Below, piece by piece: positions 28,289 to 32,000 of a stretch of 32,000 nt of DNA. Location of the stretch: the NCBI GenBank assembly GCA_016933055.1, contig JAFGBS010000001.1:30001-62000 (forward strand), read 5' to 3'. The notes beneath the pieces are model-generated. The model was not told where the DNA came from. It saw only the letters and a program-made list of their open reading frames with translations, and searched no databases. How positions within the stretch are numbered: the stretch's first letter is position 1; the number at the start of each line of letters is the position of its first letter. The position numbers and the translations under genes were made by a program. The DNA is from Promethearchaeota archaeon. GTDB taxonomy: Archaea > Asgardarchaeota > Lokiarchaeia > Sigyniarchaeales > Promethearchaeaceae.

Positions 28289-29611
28289 ATGAAGCTATTG
28301 ATGACTAACATGATCAACTTGGACTGTATTTACTTTCTTCGACGCACGGATAATTTTCTACTCTTTGCAATGAATGATCTGTCGATTGAAAAATCCTACC
28401 TGCAAATAGACTATCTCCAAATTTTATCTCGATTCCGACTTAATTTCAATCGTGATCCCTCTCGTTTTCCTTCTGAGGATACCATCAATGAAATCGAAGA
28501 TGAAGAACAAAAAAGATATCTTCAAGAACAAATTCATGGTATTAATAGCTCAAACTCCAGAAAGATAGTTCCCTATTACGAAGACATGGAGAATCTGCTT
28601 TGTGGTATACCCCAAACGATAAAATTCACGGACAAGAATAAAACTTATTATTTTTATTTCATTGTAAACGCAAATGCAGTGCTGATTTGCGTCAGTAATG
28701 AATTTGATGATTCATTAAGATCAGATCTCATCCCAATCAGTCGTTGTTTTGAGCAAGAATTTCCTGTGGATAAAATTACGAAAGCTTCAGATATTTTGTA
28801 CTCCGAAAAAATCATATTCAGCTTCATAGAAAACCTTACTAAGAAAGTAATTAACCGCTATTATATACCCCATATTCCTCATTTTTTATATCCTTCAAAT
28901 AGTGTTACTCATTTACTTGTTCAGAATTCAATTAATGACGATAAAAAAATTTACAATGAGATAAAACCATTTTATGACTATTTATCCCATTCTAAACGAA
29001 ATAATATAAGTGTCTATGAACGATTATCAGTGGAGATTGATGGTATCTCGGATATCAAATCAATTGCAGAAACTACTCAATTGGATATTAATGAATTATC
29101 GCAAATTATGGTATTTTTATGGATAAAAGGTCATATAATCTTCCGGATTCCTATATTTGGGTGGAATATATTTGAACGCACCCATAAATCAAATGAATTT
29201 CTTCTAGACGGAAGTGAATCCCAAAAAGAGCTTTTAAATTTCTATGGAGGAGGTAAAATTATTTCACTTCTTTCTCGTTTTGACGGTAGAAGTACGATTG
29301 CAGAAATCCAGAAAAAAATGAATATCAATGAATTAAGATATATGCGTTATGTCTATGATCTATTGGATATGGATCTTATTCAAAAAGCAGAAATATATCC
29401 CGTTTTACGTCACATTGGACAAGAAATCGTTCCTTTGTTAGTAATTCAAGGGTTAAAACAAAAAGATTTGAAAATTATCGAAGAACTTGAGTCGCAATTT
29501 GATGGATCTAAATCTATTACAAGTGTAGCTTTAAAAATGGATGAATCTCCTGAGAAAATCAAACAAATTTTAGATAAAATCCCCGAATTTGTCCAATATA
29601 ATACTATCTAA
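28289..29611 (+). CDS. NPRL2/NPR2-like protein (longin-like N-terminus plus three winged-helix-like repeats)
   Basis: Repeats IDGISDIKSIA, FDGRSTIAEI and FDGSKSITSV; the first aligns without gaps to the NPRL2 IDG...N...L...G...N..T segment as I recall it. The start could be a slightly later ATG. Confidence 0.6.
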   Translation: MKLLMTNMINLDCIYFLRRTDNFLLFAMNDLSIEKSYLQIDYLQILSRFRLNFNRDPSRFPSEDTINEIEDEEQKRYLQEQIHGINSSNSRKIVPYYEDMENLLCGIPQTIKFTDKNKTYYFYFIVNANAVLICVSNEFDDSLRSDLIPISRCFEQEFPVDKITKASDILYSEKIIFSFIENLTKKVINRYYIPHIPHFLYPSNSVTHLLVQNSINDDKKIYNEIKPFYDYLSHSKRNNISVYERLSVEIDGISDIKSIAETTQLDINELSQIMVFLWIKGHIIFRIPIFGWNIFERTHKSNEFLLDGSESQKELLNFYGGGKIISLLSRFDGRSTIAEIQKKMNINELRYMRYVYDLLDMDLIQKAEIYPVLRHIGQEIVPLLVIQGLKQKDLKIIEELESQFDGSKSITSVALKMDESPEKIKQILDKIPEFVQYNTI

Positions 29612-29697
29612 ATTTATCCAAACAATTGAGAAATGTTTTAGAGGAATCATATCTGAGTTTTTTTATACATAATTATTAGCATTTTATGTGAGTAAAA

Positions 29698-30012
29698 ATG
29701 GCAAAGAAGCGACAAAAGACTAAGATCGAAACCCAAGTAATGCATATCAATTTGAATCATCTGCTTTCAGAGAGTGACAAATATATAAAAGATTTGGTGA
29801 GTTTTCTGGAGGAGAAAATTGATCAGTTAAAAACTACTCGAGATGGAAATCTGCTAAAATTAACCGTTCCTAAAACTCTTTCCACCCGTGATTTGCGTAC
29901 ATATCTTAAGAAATTCTTATATACTGCAGCTTTAAGTGATAAATATCGTCCTATTGCGTTGCAGACTGAGGAAAGGGGTTTCGAAATCTTCAAAAAACCA
30001 GAATATGAATAA
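29698..30012 (+). CDS. rpl22e: Ribosomal protein eL22
   Basis: Basic 104-aa protein; LSTRDLRTYLKKFLYTAALSDKYRPIA...GFEI resembles the eL22 C-terminal motif. Confidence 0.8.
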   Translation: MAKKRQKTKIETQVMHINLNHLLSESDKYIKDLVSFLEEKIDQLKTTRDGNLLKLTVPKTLSTRDLRTYLKKFLYTAALSDKYRPIALQTEERGFEIFKKPEYE

Positions 30013-31054
30013 TCCCTCTTTTTTGATCAGATTGAATCAGAAAACTCTAATCACTATTGCACTCAATTCAAGTTTACTGGAAATTCGAACATGGCCTAAA
30101 CCAGGAAATGTTCATAAAACTCAGAATTTCCTTAAGACAACTTATACGGACTTTCTCACCGCAATATATAATGGAAAATCCGTGTGGAATGATTTACTTC
30201 AAACATTAGAAAGTTCGAAAGATAACACAAGCACTATCTATGTGAAAACTTTAATGAAGGCTGTAAAACAGATGCGTTCAGTTCAATCGGGTGGTAACGT
30301 CCTACTTGGGCATTACCTTCTAAATATCCCTTTATTTATGGGCGCCTTCTATTGCATGAAGCATGAAATATTGGATGAATCACAATTTTGGAAATATATA
30401 CATGAAATTTTCAATAAATCTTCCTCACATGATACAATTGTTTTATTTAACGCGATTCGTTTAGCTCAACCGGGAGGAATGGGAACACGGAAGAAATATG
30501 ACTTATACAATCAAAACGTAGAATCAGAATTAATTAAGGATGATATAAATCTACTAAAAATATTTGAATTAAGTAAAAATTATGACACAATTAGTGAACA
30601 ATTAGTATCTAATTATAATTTTGCCCGAACAACAATCATATCCATCTTAATAAAATATCAGTCCGAATATCCCGATATGAACACAACATTTCCTAGGATT
30701 TGTTTAAACCAGATTTTACAACAAGATGTCATTGAAATTTCTGAAGATTTGAATGAATACATCGTAAGAGTATTTTTACATATCTTGTCTCAAAGAATAG
30801 ATACTCTTATTGCTAGAAAAACATCCGTATCCCAAGCAGAACAAGTGAGTAAAAAAGCAAAAAAGATCGTGGATCAATTTTCACGTGTTGCAAGAGATGA
30901 TTGGTTTGGTCTAGTACTGCAATTTGATAGTGAATTGCAGCGATTTAATGGAAAATTAAATCCTGGTACTACGGCTGACTTATTGGCCTGTTCGTTATTC
31001 ATATATCTGATTAAACAGCAATTATTCAACAAGAACCTAGTGAATTCCTTGTAA
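30005..31054 (+). CDS. CitG-family triphosphoribosyl-dephospho-CoA synthase-like protein (archaeal type)
   Basis: LLEIRTWPKPGNVH, GGNVLLG, AIRLAQPGGMG, DTLIARK, LNPGTTADL. ATG at 30005 overlaps the eL22 stop. Confidence 0.85.
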   Translation: MNNPSFLIRLNQKTLITIALNSSLLEIRTWPKPGNVHKTQNFLKTTYTDFLTAIYNGKSVWNDLLQTLESSKDNTSTIYVKTLMKAVKQMRSVQSGGNVLLGHYLLNIPLFMGAFYCMKHEILDESQFWKYIHEIFNKSSSHDTIVLFNAIRLAQPGGMGTRKKYDLYNQNVESELIKDDINLLKIFELSKNYDTISEQLVSNYNFARTTIISILIKYQSEYPDMNTTFPRICLNQILQQDVIEISEDLNEYIVRVFLHILSQRIDTLIARKTSVSQAEQVSKKAKKIVDQFSRVARDDWFGLVLQFDSELQRFNGKLNPGTTADLLACSLFIYLIKQQLFNKNLVNSL

Positions 31055-31570
31055 TTCAAGAATTCTTTTGACAATTATCTCAAAAGCCCCCATAATATTT
31101 TCTCCCGTCTTAGATGAAATTTTGATATGTTCAAATAAATTCAGGGGTTCTAAGAACTCTTGAGCATAATCATCAGGCACAGAAATATCCTCCACTCGAT
31201 CTAATTTCGTCCCCACAAACAAAATTGGCAAATTGGGATCATGCCTTCTACAGATTCCCACCCATTCTTGTAATTTGTCTAAGGTCTTCATCCTTGTTAA
31301 ATCATATAATAAAAGAGCTCCTTTCGCCCCCATTACATAACTATCCAGCATGAATCTAAAGCGTTCTTGTCCCCCAAAATCCCATAACTGTAATGAACAC
31401 TCCACGGAATTCACAGGCATATTGAGGAGGAAAAATTCAACTCCAATAGTTATCTTCGTGTCTTCAATGAATTTACCATGAACAACTCTATGGAGTAATG
31501 TTGTCTTACCTACTCCTCCAGCACCTGCAACAAGAACTTTGAAAATATATTTTTTTGTAATAATTATCAC
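31037..31570 (-). CDS. Rab-like small GTPase
   Basis: G1 GAGGVGKT, G2 TIGVEF, G3 WDFGGQERF, G4 TKLD, G5 SSKTG; no C-terminal prenylation tail; no in-frame ATG start. Confidence 0.92.
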   Translation of the reverse strand: MIIITKKYIFKVLVAGAGGVGKTTLLHRVVHGKFIEDTKITIGVEFFLLNMPVNSVECSLQLWDFGGQERFRFMLDSYVMGAKGALLLYDLTRMKTLDKLQEWVGICRRHDPNLPILFVGTKLDRVEDISVPDDYAQEFLEPLNLFEHIKISSKTGENIMGAFEIIVKRILELQGIH

Positions 31571-31800
31571 CTTGTATGATGAGACTCATGGGTTAAAGAT
31601 TTGGAGTATACCGATTCGTGAGTAAAGTATCGTAATTTTAATCCTCAGTATGAATTGGCTAATTCTAACCTATATGGTTTATTTCATTACTCTTTTTTAG
31701 CTACTATATTTTGTAAATCCTTAATGTCTTTCCAAGAAAAATAACGGGGAGGAAGAAATAATTCTAAAAATTTTTCCGATAGCATAATCATATAAATATA

Positions 31801-32000
31801 ATGAATCTTGTCATTCTTGATGCCAATTTTTTGTTGGTACCCTCTCAGTTTGGAGTAGACATCTATGACGAAATAAGAATGCAATTAACTGGGAGTTTTC
31901 AATTCGTCTATGTTCCGGAAGTTATAGATGAGCTTAAGAATAAACAAAATAGAAGTTCAAGTAAAAAATTTAAAAGATCCGTAGACTTAGCGCTAAAATT
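31801..32000 (+). CDS. PIN-domain protein, Fcf1/Utp24-like (5' part; runs off the window; not in the ORF track)
   Basis: Manual translation from the ATG at 31801: MNLVILDANFLLVPSQFGVDIYDEIRMQLTGSFQFVYVPEVIDELKNK..., which matches the archaeal PIN motif VILDxNFLLVPxQFxVDI...VPxVxxEL. Confidence 0.8.
   Translation, partial: MNLVILDANFLLVPSQFGVDIYDEIRMQLTGSFQFVYVPEVIDELKNKQNRSSSKKFKRSVDLALK

Noticed and set aside
29936-30004. N-terminal extension of the CitG-like ORF
   Set aside because: It lies inside rpl22e; the ATG at 30005 gives a typical stop/start overlap.
31687-31884. 65-aa minus-strand ORF in the track
   Set aside because: It overlaps the PIN-domain gene on the plus strand and has no motif; a ~33-aa remainder is unsupported.
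1-32000. tRNA, rRNA, IS elements, integrases
   Set aside because: Intergenic gaps are short and AT-rich, with no cloverleaf-like GC-rich stretch, terminal inverted repeats or transposase motifs visible by eye; tRNAscan-SE, Infernal and ISEScan would confirm.

Overview
AT-rich, gene-dense chromosomal window, most likely from an Asgard archaeon (Lokiarchaeia/Promethearchaeota-like). The assignment rests on eL22, an EAP30 Vps22/36-like ESCRT-II protein, longin and roadblock domain proteins, Arf- and Rab-like GTPases, an NPRL2-like protein, archaeal Spt5, aIF-1A and tetraether synthase. From left to right: a histidine utilisation cluster (hutI, long-form hutU, and a hutH whose MIO tripeptide is Ala-Cys-Gly); a 9-10 TM protein; a longin-GTPase plus an orphan Vps22/36; a tightly coupled minus-strand operon (two ABC ATPases, two ABC-2 permeases, a 1621-aa membrane-anchored site-1-protease-like S8/GIFT protein lacking the catalytic His and Ser, and a 2-TM protein) followed by a DsbD_2/CcdA-like gene; a disrupted membrane-protein gene (in-frame TAG plus an apparent frameshift); an Ntn hydrolase; acyl-CoA dehydrogenase; a degenerate MoxR-type AAA+; Tes; aIF-1A; Spt5 with an acidic tail; a longin-roadblock fusion; an NPRL2-like protein; eL22; a CitG-like protein; a Rab-like GTPase; and the start of a PIN (Fcf1-like) gene. 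I saw no tRNA, rRNA, CRISPR array or mobile element. All family assignments come from motif recognition by eye and recalled consensus sequences; no database searches were run. The best candidates for undescribed biology are the ABC exporter/pseudo-S1P operon and the longin-roadblock/NPRL2-like/Rab-like neighbourhood.
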